Below are positions 1 to 10,024 of a stretch of 21,231 bases of DNA, piece after piece; positions within the stretch are counted from its first letter, which is position 1; every line of letters begins with the position of its first letter. The stretch is from Catajapyx aquilonaris (Eukaryota). Below the pieces are notes generated by a model that worked only from the letters and a program-made list of their open reading frames with translations, was not told where the DNA came from and did no database searches. Position numbers and translations under genes: made by a program. Where the stretch lies: contig JYFJ02000319.1 in assembly GCA_000934665.2 (NCBI GenBank), forward strand, positions 124,001 to 145,231, read 5' to 3'.

Positions 1-11
1 TCTCCTTACAG

Positions 12-435
12 ATTTTCCCCATTTCTAAATCAATATCCCTACCAGTACCCAGCTAATTATGGTCAATACCCGGGTTACCCAGGTCAAAACTCAGGTTACC
101 CAGGTCAAAACTCAGGTTACCCAGGTCAAAACTCAGGTTACCATCCCAGTCAGTATCCTTCTTATTACAATCCAAGCCAGTATCCATCAAATTATAATCC
201 AAGCCAAATGCCATCTAATTATCAGACAAGTAGACCAGACAATTCAAACAAATTGGTTGGACAATCCCAGTACCCTGCATTTCCATATGGACCATACCCC
301 ATTCCACAAAAGCCATTTGAAACTGGATACAGTGGGCCTAATTACCCCACAATTAATTACCCAGACCCAGATCGCGATAATAAACGCAATCCTGGATCAC
401 TTTACTTTCCAGATGCAACAACCAAAGATGAATAA
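12..435 (+). CDS. Terminal coding exon of an unidentified gene; low-complexity Tyr/Pro/Gly/Gln/Asn-rich C-terminus
   Basis: Acceptor-like tctccttacag ends at 11. Frame 1 is open from the window start to TAA at 433-435 (FSPFLNQYPYQYPANYGQYPGYPGQNSG...PDATTKDE*), extending the listed ORF 208..435 upstream. AATAAA follows at 860, 867 and 1019. Confidence 0.65.
73..141 (+). repeat. 21-bp coding tandem repeat (GYPGQNS x3)
   Basis: ggttacccaggtcaaaactca at 73, 94 and 115, plus a partial ggttac at 136. Confidence 0.95.
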
Positions 436-859
436 CAGTCAGAAAATTGCATCCTCTTTAGACAGTGAAGTGCTCGACCATCAGTAACTGTTGAAAAGTC
501 ACAATTAAAGTTTATGAACTTAAGCAGACAAAAGTAGTGTCTGGGTGATCAGCATGCTGCTACAGAAGCTTGAATACTATGGTGTCAATATATATTACCT
601 ACTGATGTTCAACCTGTTCTTAAGCCAAAAAACCACACCAATCCTGCCAAAAATTTGCATTCTTATTGATAGTTGCAAGAAGAGATGAACAGTTTACATA
701 CCTTGTAGGAGTTGATTGTTTATCATGGGAAATGTAACAAGCACCAGAACAAATGTGCATCCCATTTGTTCTACAATTAAATTCCAATCTTTGCTTGCAG
801 TTAATTCCTATAATTTAACAATAGTTGACAACAGCTACATGGCACTACATAAAACTTGA

Positions 860-1024
860 AATAAAAAATAAATGCGAATACTCTGCAAACTCTCAGCTTG
901 AGAGAAAATATATAATGACAATATTCCATCAGTACATTAGTAAAATTCCCTTGTCAATGGGGTGGTAACATCTAATATTAATAGTATTGTTGTACTAAAC
1001 TTCTTTGTACCAAGTACAAATAAA
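860..1024 (+). terminator. Candidate polyadenylation signals of the + strand gene
   Basis: AATAAA at 860-865, 867-872 and 1019-1024 in an AT-rich region downstream of the stop at 435. Confidence 0.4.
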
Positions 1025-1057
1025 TGCACAGTGTTCATCCCATATACAGTTTTCGTT

Positions 1058-1063
1058 TTTATT
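1058..1063 (-). terminator. Candidate TFIIS polyadenylation signal
   Basis: tttatt on + (AATAAA on -), about 390 nt past the TFIIS stop codon. Confidence 0.45.
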
Positions 1064-1452
1064 TGGTGGCTCTGTGCAGCACCACAATTGGCATACCAAA
1101 TGCAATGTACAAGTTAAACTTAACTCAGGGTGGGAGGAATGAAAATCTAAGTGTTGCACAACTTATGGACCTGATTGGTACAAATAAGAATGACAATGTA
1201 CATATATTTTATAATGTGAAACTGAAAAAAGAAATATAATGCCCCATTCATGTGAGTGGAAAAATTATCTAGTAGCTTGAAATATTGGGTGTCCAAAAAT
1301 TTAACTGTAGCACAAAATACTACCAAACCTGAATGTTTTGTCAGGAGTGCCATTTGTGTTGAGTTAAGTTGATTTCTACACCAACACTCAAAACAAGAAA
1401 AAACCTTATAAATTTCTTAAAAAATAAGTCAAAGGAGACTGTGACAGCATTT

Positions 1453-1563
<111 letters not shown>

Positions 1564-1778
1564 TCACAGATACTTGAATTAAAATAAATATAGAGTAGGA
1601 AGAGTCACAGTGCATCTCTGAAAACATTTTGCAGACCCTGATTATAATACTTTTCTGAAATATTCATGTTGAACATTGGTCAGTGTGAGCAGTGTTACAC
1701 ATGACAAGCAAAAACCCTGATGATATGCAGTCTTGAGCTTGTAGACACTACTGTATATTAGAAATATTGAGCAGAAAT

Positions 1779-1860
1779 GTGGTTATGGAGTGGTGCAGCA
1801 GTAACACTCGCATCCATGGTTGGTAAGGTCCCAGGTTAGATCTCAAGCCCAGGTTTCCTT
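1779..1860 (+). mobile_element. Degenerate tRNA-derived SINE head (possible)
   Basis: A-box-like tggtgcagcagt and B-box-like ggttagatctc at tRNA-like spacing. No TSD found. Confidence 0.3.
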
Positions 1861-2324
1861 ACTCATCTTGTGAGTGTCTCTCTGAGTGTCTTGGATCTGC
1901 AGACTAACCCCACCCCGAAGAACTCTCAAAATAGGCTGGTGTCTAAAATGCACTTGCATCTGCACTTCCTGTCCCACTACCCTTGTCAAGCATGGGCCAA
2001 AAATCTACTATCGGATTTTTAAATACTGGCCCCTGTGTTTGACTCGAAATAACTCCCAGGAAAATAGTCCAAAAAAATAACGTTACACATAGTTAGAAAG
2101 CTTGTTTAAATCTACGTAACATATATGCGAGTGGTTTACCTATCTTCATTGCGTAATTTTTTATGGCAAGAAGAACACGGAAAAGGGACTTTGTTTGACT
2201 AGTTGCCGACGTTACGCAGCAAAATGAAATTTTTATGACACTTCTCCGAGGCTAAAAAATTCCCCCTGTGAACCCTAGATAGTGCAAATATACCTAATGA
2301 TATATTTGAAACTTAGAAATTGCC

Positions 2325-3034
2325 ATTTGTGTAATCATAATTAAGTTAATTGCACAGTTCAGTTATCTCGGCCGTTTATAATCCGTATTACTTCGCGAAT
2401 GTATCGACGGCAGGCTAGAAATGTGCGTGATAAAATTACAACGTTCTCTATTACACGAAGATTTTTAAAAGTATTGTTTTAGTCAGAATTAATAGAAAAG
2501 TACCCAGCCCGCTTTCTGGCGGGAGTAGACGGAGATACTTTTAAATACGTATAAATTTTTTAGTGTAATCGAGCAAGTGTAATATTATCGCGCACATTTC
2601 TGGCTTGCCGTCGATNAACCTAAAAACAACCTGTCCCACCCCCCACCCATGCCCATCTCAGACATCACCTTATCCTCAGAGGCTAGGGTTGTTTGTTTGG
2701 ATAGGTGTAAATGGCGTAGGTTAATTAATGGGTAAATAGGTAAATTTGTGTAATCATAATTAAGTTAATTGCACAGTTCAGTTATCTCGGCCGTTTATAA
2801 TCCGTATTACTTCGCGAATGTATCGACGGCAGGCTAGAAATGTGCGTGATAAAATTACACCGTTCTCTATTACACGAAGATTTTTAAAAGTATTGTTTTA
2901 GTCAGAATTAATAGAAAAGTACCCAGCCCGCTTTCTGGCGGGAGTAGACGGAGATACTTTTAAATACGTATAAATTTTTTAGTGTAATCGAGCAAGTGTA
3001 ATATTATCGCGCACATTTCTGGCTTGCCGTCGAT
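2325..3034. repeat. 291-bp near-exact direct duplication flanking an N (probable assembly or haplotype artefact)
   Basis: 2325-2615 equals 2744-3034 with one mismatch seen (2441 a versus 2860 c). The first copy stops exactly at the N at 2616. Confidence 0.85.
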
Positions 3035-3143
3035 GCATTCGCGAAGTAATTTGGATTATAAATGGGCAAGATAACTGAGTGTGCAATTAACTTAATTATG
3101 ATTACACCAATTGCGATTTCTAAGTTTCAAATATATCATTACA

Positions 3144-3451
3144 CTAGCAGGTTACCCGGCGTTGCCCGGGTATGTTATGGTGGTAGGCCTACAATGTAAT
3201 GAGGGCATTACCATGGAAATCTATGAATATTGTTAAATAGGTAATTGATAATTGGTTAATTGGGAATATGCGTGTTATGGGTGTTAGGTTCATTTTCGGA
3301 AGCTGAAACATGCGGCATTAAATTCCTTGAAAAATGTAACTCCCGATATGCTCATTCAAGGCGGTGTAGGGGCCTTCCCCCGGATTTCTATAAGGGACAA
3401 ACATCCAAACTGACAAACTTCCTTATTTATAGAGATAGAGATAGACAAAGA
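3144..3451 (-). mobile_element. Non-autonomous Helitron
   Basis: On -, starts TC(tttgtctatctctatctctataaataagg...tttg-rich) and ends with GC hairpin acccgggcaacgccgggt followed by CTAG (3147-3144). Inserted between A and T with no TSD; it splits the right arm of the foldback element. Confidence 0.8.
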
Positions 3452-4625
3452 TTTGCACTATCCAGGGTCCAGAGGGGAAATCTTTTGGCCTCCGAGAAGT
3501 GTCATTAAAAAATTCCTTTTGCTGCGTAATGTCAGCAACTAGTCAAAAAATGACACTTTTCTGTGTTATTCTTGCCATAAAAAATTACGCAATGAAGATA
3601 GGTAAACAATTCGTACATGTTACGTAGATTTAAACAAGTTTTCTAATGATGTATAACATAATTTTTTTGGACCATTTTCCTGGGAATTATTTAGAGTCAA
3701 ACACAGGGGCCAGTATTAAAAATTCCAATAGTAAGTTCATGATAAAGGTCCCTCCATTACACCTTGCAGCGATGAAAGCACTACTGGGATTATTATCATT
3801 GGTATTAGTGTGAAAGTGGAATGTTCAGGCACTTCATTTGGTCTTAAATTAACCTAAGCTTTTTACATATCTGCCAAGTTCCTTCAATAGCACTAGAGCT
3901 CTTCTACTGTACCCTACAAACATGAGGACCATATTTTGCCCTGCTCCCAATCCATTGAATTTGTTGTTGTAGCCTGTACAAGAAAAATTCTAACAGCAGG
4001 GGTGGAGCAGGATGTGGAAAAAGCATTCAGATCTAGAATTACAATTTCCGCTGCTACATCTGGCATAAACATGAAACAGGACCACATGATAACATGGCTG
4101 AAGAGATGTGACTTATCTTGAAATGTTTCTCAACAATTTCATGCATTTGTGAGTGCCATGCATGAGTAAAAGCCACAAGCTAGGATAAGTAACTACAAAT
4201 TAATTTCCAAACACGTTGTGAAGTTTCTTAGGACCTTCTGCCTGAACTATACACTAGTATTTGCTGCATGAGTTAAAATTACCTGCAGGGGTAACAACAA
4301 AGGAGTTAGCTGCAATCAATCTGTTTTCAATTTTGGAAGATTTAATCAAAATAGGCATGATACCTATGCCAGTAACGCCACACTAATTATGAGATAAGAT
4401 CACTGATCACTAGTGATATTTGTTAGGCCAATGATGGCAAGGTGGCAGGTTTGCCTACCCATAACAATATATTAGTTTGCCAAGTGGAATGGCCACTTGA
4501 GTTATTCCACGTGAAGGGTAATTATAGTTTTTTGTACATGTTTGAGAAGGGCTGAAGATCTCTCTGTTTACAAAGAAACTAGATAAAAAGCATGAGAGTA
4601 AATAACATGATGAATGTCTACTAAC

Positions 4626-4772
4626 CTGATTGTAAGTGCAGTTCCTTTTCTTGCACTTGTTGCATTTCAATAGACTTGTCTTTGTACCTTGCACAGTGGC
4701 CAGCTGGGCATCATTGATGGCCTCCTTATTAAACTTGTCTCTCATGGCCTTCATCTCATCGCTTGCCATTTC
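4626..4772 (-). CDS. TfIIS: TFIIS coding exon 5 (linker and first half of the Zn ribbon)
   Basis: ttttctcag|[14 protein letters not shown]...[15 protein letters not shown]|gttagt; 147 nt, phase 0/0. Confidence 0.95.
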
Positions 4773-4853
4773 CTGAGAAAACAAATGTAAACCCATGATG
4801 AGATCAAATCCAGCAAGAAAACCTGTGCAATGACAAAATGTGACAGTGCCAAC

Positions 4854-5059
4854 CTCAGCTGTCATATTTGCAAGCCTGGTGGGTGAAATGATCCCCATAA
4901 GGAAGTTTCCCCTGAGGCTGGGGTTTTTTGGGTCCTTTAGATTCGCAACCCTGCTACGCACTCGGTTTTTGTATTTCATATCTGTGTTACGAAACTCATT
5001 AAATATGGCATCTTCCAACTTGCAAGCCAGCTCATCAGGATCACCTGCTTCCTCCCCAT
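4854..5059 (-). CDS. TfIIS: TFIIS coding exon 4 (central domain II)
   Basis: cttccag|(D)[22 protein letters not shown]...[19 protein letters not shown]...MTAE|gttggc; 206 nt, phase 1/0. The [14 protein letters not shown] motif is typical of TFIIS_M. Confidence 0.93.
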
Positions 5060-5523
5060 CTGGAAGCAACAACAACTGTGCAGGGAATTATTCAAACAAA
5101 CACATTGGAGGTGTTTGCAGAATGATTGATATGTATTCAATACAAAGTAATAGCAGCTGCATCTTTCAACTATCTGAAAAGTATCCAACATATACATGGT
5201 ATTGCATATGTAAACACCAAATCTACAAGCTGTATCACAGCAAGGTGATTATACATTATACCATATGAAATAATAATATTGTAACATTGGTATAATTTGC
5301 ATGCACATGGATGTATGAGGGATTTCTGACCACTCTTCAGGATGCAATACCGGCAATACTGATATGTCATCAAAATATGACACTATGATACATTAAAGCA
5401 ATGACTGAAATAACATTACGTGAATAATGCAGAATGTGACACTTGTGGCCATGGTCATAAATACTGTAATAGCTAATGCACCATGTAATTTTTGCTACAG
5501 ATTCAGTAAAGCATTATGCATAC

Positions 5524-5748
5524 CCAAATCCACTTTGAGAGCGGCAGCCAACATCTCCCTGCATTTGAGGCGAACTGCATCAGTTGTATTTGTAGCGGGT
5601 GGTGGGAATGAGGACTGCAGCTTGCTGTTTATGTAGCGACTTTTCTCCTTGATGGTTTCTTTTGAATCTCGTGACACCTTCTCCTGGCTTGAGTTATTGT
5701 CCTTTGATGGGCCAGGGCTGTCTTTACCTCCACCACCACCAGTTGCTC
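5524..5748 (-). CDS. TfIIS: TFIIS coding exon 3 (linker and start of domain II)
   Basis: ggtttttag|(G)[15 protein letters not shown]...[20 protein letters not shown]|gtatgc; 225 nt, phase 1/1. Confidence 0.93.
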
Positions 5749-5780
5749 CTAAAAACCAAATTGATCATAATAACCGCTTA

Positions 5781-6103
5781 CAGTAGAAACCTGATTAGCT
5801 GTCACCCACGGGACTGGGACATTTCCGGATAACAGAAAAGGTCGGATAATCCGAGGAGCAAAGGAAAACGCAACTAAAAGCATAAAGAACCATGAAATAA
5901 CGCGCATGAAAATATTACGCTTTTCTAAGAAATAGCGAAGTATTTATCTTTTCCGTACACACTCTGCTGTTTAAAATTTAACTAAGGCAATACAAAACAA
6001 ATTATTAGTAGGCCTGCATTACAGTCTTTTATGAGAAAACATACATTTATTGCTGGAGCAGGACAGTCAGATAAATAGAGGTCGAATAAATGGGGTTCTG
6101 CTG
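5781..6103. mobile_element. pogo/Tigger-like MITE
   Basis: TA|CAGTAGAAACCTG ... GGGGTTCTGCTG|TA, with internal (c)ggataa-like subterminal motifs. Confidence 0.7.
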
Positions 6104-6152
6104 TATTAAGCATTTGCATTCTGTATTAACATGTGAATACTAATAGTCAGGC

Positions 6153-6587
6153 CAGGGAGCATATACTACATAAGAGGCACAAACATTCGAGTTTTACGTC
6201 TCTCTGTTTATAGGGCGTTGCCAAGGCTGGTGGCCATCTTGAAGTGTGTGGTGCGCCAACGAGGTATAAATAGGGTACAGGCAGGCCGTCAAGGTCCGCG
6301 GGGGTCCGCCATCTTTGATGGTTTTGGCTGCCATGGCAATAACAATTTACTTACCCATTCCAATATCGAATTCAAATTCGCGCGTGTTCTTGGCGTGTAG
6401 TTGCCATGGCCTCCAAAATCATCAAAGATGGCGGACCCTATTTTTGCCTATACCCTATTCATACCTCGTTGGCGCACCACACACTTCAAGATGGCCGCCA
6501 GCCTTGGCAACGCCCTATAAACAGAGAGACGCGAACATCAAAGGCGCCGACAGAAGTTTGCGCCTCTTATGTAGTATATGCTCCCTG
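6153..6587. mobile_element. Foldback MITE with 7-bp TSD (P-element/Galileo-like)
   Basis: Perfect TSD GTCAGGC at 6146-6152 and 6588-6594. Termini CAGGGAGCATATACTACATAAGAGG...CCTCTTATGTAGTATATGCTCCCTG; arms about 190 bp. The superfamily is inferred from CA..TG ends and TSD length. Confidence 0.85.
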
Positions 6588-6629
6588 GTCAGGCTTCAAA
6601 AACATTTTACAAAAATATTCTGACACATA

Positions 6630-6775
6630 GGGGCCATGCAGACGGGCCAAGCTTGGCCGCGGCCCTGACCAACTTCCAGGAAGTTGGCCCGTGGCCTGGC
6701 CGTGGCGTTGCTAGGGGGCCCCTTAGGTATGAACCGTCGCGGCCGCGGCTGGGCTTGGCCCGTCTCCATGGCCCC
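6630..6775. mobile_element. GC-rich PIF/Harbinger (Tourist-like) MITE
   Basis: ATA|GGGGCCATGCAGACGGGCCAAGC ... GCTTGGCCCGTCTCCATGGCCCC|ATA. A 5-bp CATAG TSD reading with 1-nt shorter ends also fits. Confidence 0.75.
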
Positions 6776-6834
6776 ATAGACATGGGTAGCAGTAAGGGAG
6801 GATGACTGAGGGTAATGCAAGATTACATTTCAAA

Positions 6835-7136
6835 GAACCGAAGCAGTGGTGGCGGAGGGGATATGGTATCCGACTGCTAATCAGGAGGTCCTGGGTTCGA
6901 ATCCCAGTGCCGGCAACTCTAACCGTGGTTTTCTGTGGTTTCCCACAGTTCCTCCAGGAGAATTCCGGAGTTGTTTCCTAAACTAATAGGCCACAGCCGC
7001 CTCCTTCCTTTCCTATCCTATCCCAAAAAGCGCAGTAAAAAACGAAACGAAGAGTTCCAGTCAAAAAAATATCCCCCCTAAAGAGCCGCTGGCTGATAAC
7101 GGGGTATGAATTATTATTATTGTTATTATTATTATT
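6835..7136 (+). mobile_element. Full-length tRNA-derived SINE
   Basis: A box TGGCGGAGGGG (6850), B box GGTTCGAATCC (6894-6904), (TTA)n tail, and perfect 16-bp TSD AAGATTACATTTCAAA at 6819-6834 and 7137-7152. Confidence 0.92.
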
Positions 7137-7497
7137 AAGATTACATTTCAAAATTATTTTCTAAAGCAAAAGATCTTGTAGTCAGGAAATGTTCCTTCTG
7201 CAAGACATTGAACCCATGGGTATATTTTAAATATCTTGCATCACACTGACTGTGAGATAAAAAATAATACCATCTATTCGTACCTGCATATTGTATTTAG
7301 TATTTTCCATATTCTAGGTTGCTAAATTCTATCAGATATGCCGTGGAATGTACATAACATCGCTTGAGTAAAGTTACACATTCTTGACATGCTTACTTCT
7401 CGAATATAAGCCAAAATGTAGTAACTTGTGCTGAGTTTTACTGCACTGCTTCTGACCTATTCACCTCTAATGCTTGAAAGTATTTCAATCTGCAAGT

Positions 7498-8060
7498 CCC
7501 AAAATGATTTCCACTTTTTTTTCCCCTTCTAAAAATACAGGGCCCTTAAAGGTGGGGAGATAGGCAAACATTATCGATAGAATCCTTCTGAAGATGAATG
7601 CACTGGCACCACAGGTGTGACAACATTTCCAGGCCTCCAGGAACCAATTTTTAGAGGTGCAGCGCACCCACTCCTGGACAACTGCTCTAAGTCAACAACG
7701 ACCTCTAAATGATGTTGCCGAAGGTTTTTTTTTCATTGATCCGAACCGGTGAAAGTCACTGGGGGCCAAGCCGTGGGAGTGCAGTGGGTGTGGAAGCACC
7801 CAAAACTGGATCCATGCGAAAGTCCCTTCATGGATGCCATTTCGAGGACATTGCTCACTGGGAGCAGTTACCCAGGAGTGGGTGCACCGCACCTCCAAAA
7901 ATTGGTTTCTGGAGGGGCTACAGAGGTTGTCACACTCGTGGTGCCAGTCCATTCATCTTCAGGAGGATTCTTTCGATAATGTTTGCCTGTCTGCCCAACT
8001 TTCAGGGCCCTGTATTTTTGGCAAAGAAATAAAGTGTAAATCATTTTGGAATAACCCTCG
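7498..8060. mobile_element. mariner-derived MITE built from two inverted copies of the 3' end
   Basis: Right end ttttggaataaccctcg|TA is a mariner-type TIR. Arms of about 190 bp pair (7498-7688 versus 7862-8049). The centre (-) encodes LPHPLHSHGLAPSDFHRFGSMK, a degenerate mariner HPPYSPDLAPSDFHLF motif. The right arm (+) encodes WFLEGLQRLSHSWCQSIHLQEDSFD, like the mariner C-terminus. Confidence 0.85.
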
Positions 8061-9013
8061 TACTGTGGGTGTTGCTGCAAGGAATTGTGCCAATTTTTAC
8101 GTAAAAATATTGGTTGATTTGTCATGAAATTATCCCAATTATGTAAAATACAACATAAACTCAGAGAGCATAAAAACTCTCATTGCCTTAAATATTTAAA
8201 AAGGAGAGCAAGAATTGACACTGGCATGAGTTAGATTAATTTTCAGCTGAGATTGTTAGGCCAACAGAGTGCCGTCAAGGTCTAGGCCACACTCTGAGTT
8301 CAATCCCTAATTCAGGCAAAGTTTACATCATGTTCAAATATTTAAATGGATTCTGTCCATGGTAATGTGGTTTCCCCCTGGCACAGGCAGTCCTAGATTT
8401 ATAAGATATTGTGTAGTACAGTACACTGCTGTATATGGATAATCAATCTAATATGCTATGCACCCTGAATGGACACACCTTCCTCCAGGTGATTCCATTC
8501 TCGTTCGTTGGGGAGGAAGTGTGTCACAAATGGGATTCATATATGCACTGTAGCTTCCTTGTCAAAGATTCCCACCTTGCATACCATTGCCAGCACCCCC
8601 ACCCCTGCTCCTCCTGCCAAGTGCTTCCTTCCCCACATTCAAGAATAAAACAGGACTGCCTGGAGGCTGACATATTAGTTCAGAAATCCACCAGCCATAA
8701 GGTATAAAACTTGCCAAAAGGTCTTCGTGCAATAGTTACTTATAATCTCATAGTTGATCTTAGTCTGTTGTCACACAGGTAACACATTTTACACAACTGT
8801 CAGCGATTATTATTACCACATGTTGCATGGCCTACATTTTGCCTGAAAAACATTACTTGCTATAAATTCAGGTGACTTGTTGCATGCAGGCTGACTTCAT
8901 GCTAACCTATCACAAGATTAATCTCTTTACTGTCATGGTCTCTTGTGACATCACAGCAGATTAACTGGGTGAAGATATAGTCCTTACTTGGCTGTGGCCT
9001 GACTTGCAAGGTA

Positions 9014-9105
9014 CAGTAAAACCTCGATATAACGCTATCCCCGCTTAAAACAATACCGGTACTTTTGGGCTCTCCCTTGAAGAGCGTTATATCGAGGGTT
9101 TACTG
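9014..9105. mobile_element. 92-bp pogo/Tigger-like MITE
   Basis: 23-bp TIR CAGTAAAACCTCGATATAACGCT with 1 mismatch; flanks TA and CA. Confidence 0.8.
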
Positions 9106-9469
9106 CAATTACATCACACCATGTTAGTCATGATCCAAACAAGCCAATCCTAGTACTGTACATGCAGCTAAAATTTGTTGCCCTGTCCTGACAAATTCAC
9201 ATATTTGGCTAATAGTCTTGTCCTTCCAAGTAACAAGCTTCAATCAGCAAAATTTTTGGTAACATCTATCAACTAATTTATTAGTCAAAGTTTACCTTTA
9301 ACAGGGCAACTGTTTGCTGCTGGAAGTGGGCCAATGGCAATTCATAAACTTAAATAGGCAAATCATTACATAACTACCAAAACCATACGCTTCAAGGCCA
9401 CGCAGAAGTACAATTCAATCTGTATGCACCAACAAGAGCGTGTCGTAACCATGCCTGCCGCTACTTTAC

Positions 9470-9650
9470 CAGCATTCAGGAACTTTTTCCAATTCTTGAT
9501 GAGCGACTTGGCCAGGGTGATGACCTTGTCGTCTTTGCTGGACTTCCGCAGGGCATTGACAGTCATCCCGATGCGGGTCTTGCTCAACACCTCCAGGTTG
9601 ATGGGCATCTTCCCAAGTGCCTCCAGAAGATCCAGAGCCTGCTCCTGCCC
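9470..9650 (-). CDS. TfIIS: TFIIS coding exon 2 (N-terminal domain I / TND)
   Basis: ctctctgcag|[12 protein letters not shown]...[37 protein letters not shown]|gtaaag; 181 nt, phase 0/1. Confidence 0.96.
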
Positions 9651-9888
9651 CTGCAGAGAGAAACACAAACCACATTAGACACTCACCACACACACCCTAC
9701 ACAACTTGAACTAACATGTAACCTATGATCATACATAGTCTACAAGAGTACTTCTATAGTATATACTAATGACTAATAATACACCTAATGGTATTCTTAG
9801 CATAGAATGAAACTAGGACTTTTGTTCTAGATTTAGTTCATCTCATATCTTGGTTGGTATCTCGTTTATTATTGTGGGGAACACGTAC

Positions 9889-9954
9889 TGTTCCATCCCC
9901 ACTGGACATTTTGTCCAGCCTTTTCTGAATGCGTAGAACTTCCTCAAAGCTCAT
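9889..9954 (-). CDS. TfIIS: TFIIS coding exon 1 (start codon)
   Basis: gcc ATG: MSFEEVLRIQKRLDKMSSGDGT|gtacgt; 66 nt, phase 0. Resembles insect TFIIS N-termini, and the six exons sum to 906 nt (301 aa plus stop). Confidence 0.93.
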
Positions 9955-10024
9955 GGCCCTGTGTGTGTGTGTTGCGCGTGTAGGTTATTTATAGTGGGTG
10001 TCGAGTCGACGACCCGGGCGTGAG

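Larger units (their letters stand above)
2008..3731. mobile_element. Long-TIR foldback DNA transposon/MITE with TA TSD (Tc1/mariner-type), interrupted by a Helitron and an assembly duplication
   Basis: Left TA|ctatcggatttttaaatactggcccctgtgtttgactc... matches the reverse complement of ...gagtcaaacacaggggccagtattaaaaattccaatag|TA. Arms pair over about 430 bp (2008-2440 versus ~2995-3141 plus 3452-3731). Confidence 0.85.

Noticed and set aside
73..141. Possible CRISPR-like repeat
   Set aside because: Head-to-tail repeats with no spacers, in a spliced eukaryotic locus with no cas genes.
59..487. 142-aa ORF with VTQVKTQ repeats
   Set aside because: Alternative frame of the 21-bp repeat; frame 1 gives the more coherent Y/P/G/Q-rich protein.
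4455..4625. ORF extension past TFIIS exon 5 as an alternative C-terminus
   Set aside because: Read-through into an intron after a valid GT donor; the true final exon is 1453-1533.
5060..5078. Alternative acceptor cacag at 5076 for TFIIS exon 4
   Set aside because: Out of phase with the phase-1 donor at 5523; only the 5060 acceptor keeps the frame.
6218..6820. Cluster of 60-102 aa ORFs on both strands
   Set aside because: They lie within GC-rich palindromic MITEs and show no protein motifs.
6845..6915. tRNA gene
   Set aside because: A/B boxes belong to a SINE with body, tail and TSD; no clean cloverleaf or oligo-T terminator.
8472..8525. Small hairpin gacacaccttcctcc / ggaggaagtgtgtc as a pre-miRNA
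   Set aside because: Stem is only about 14 bp with a large loop; no further support.
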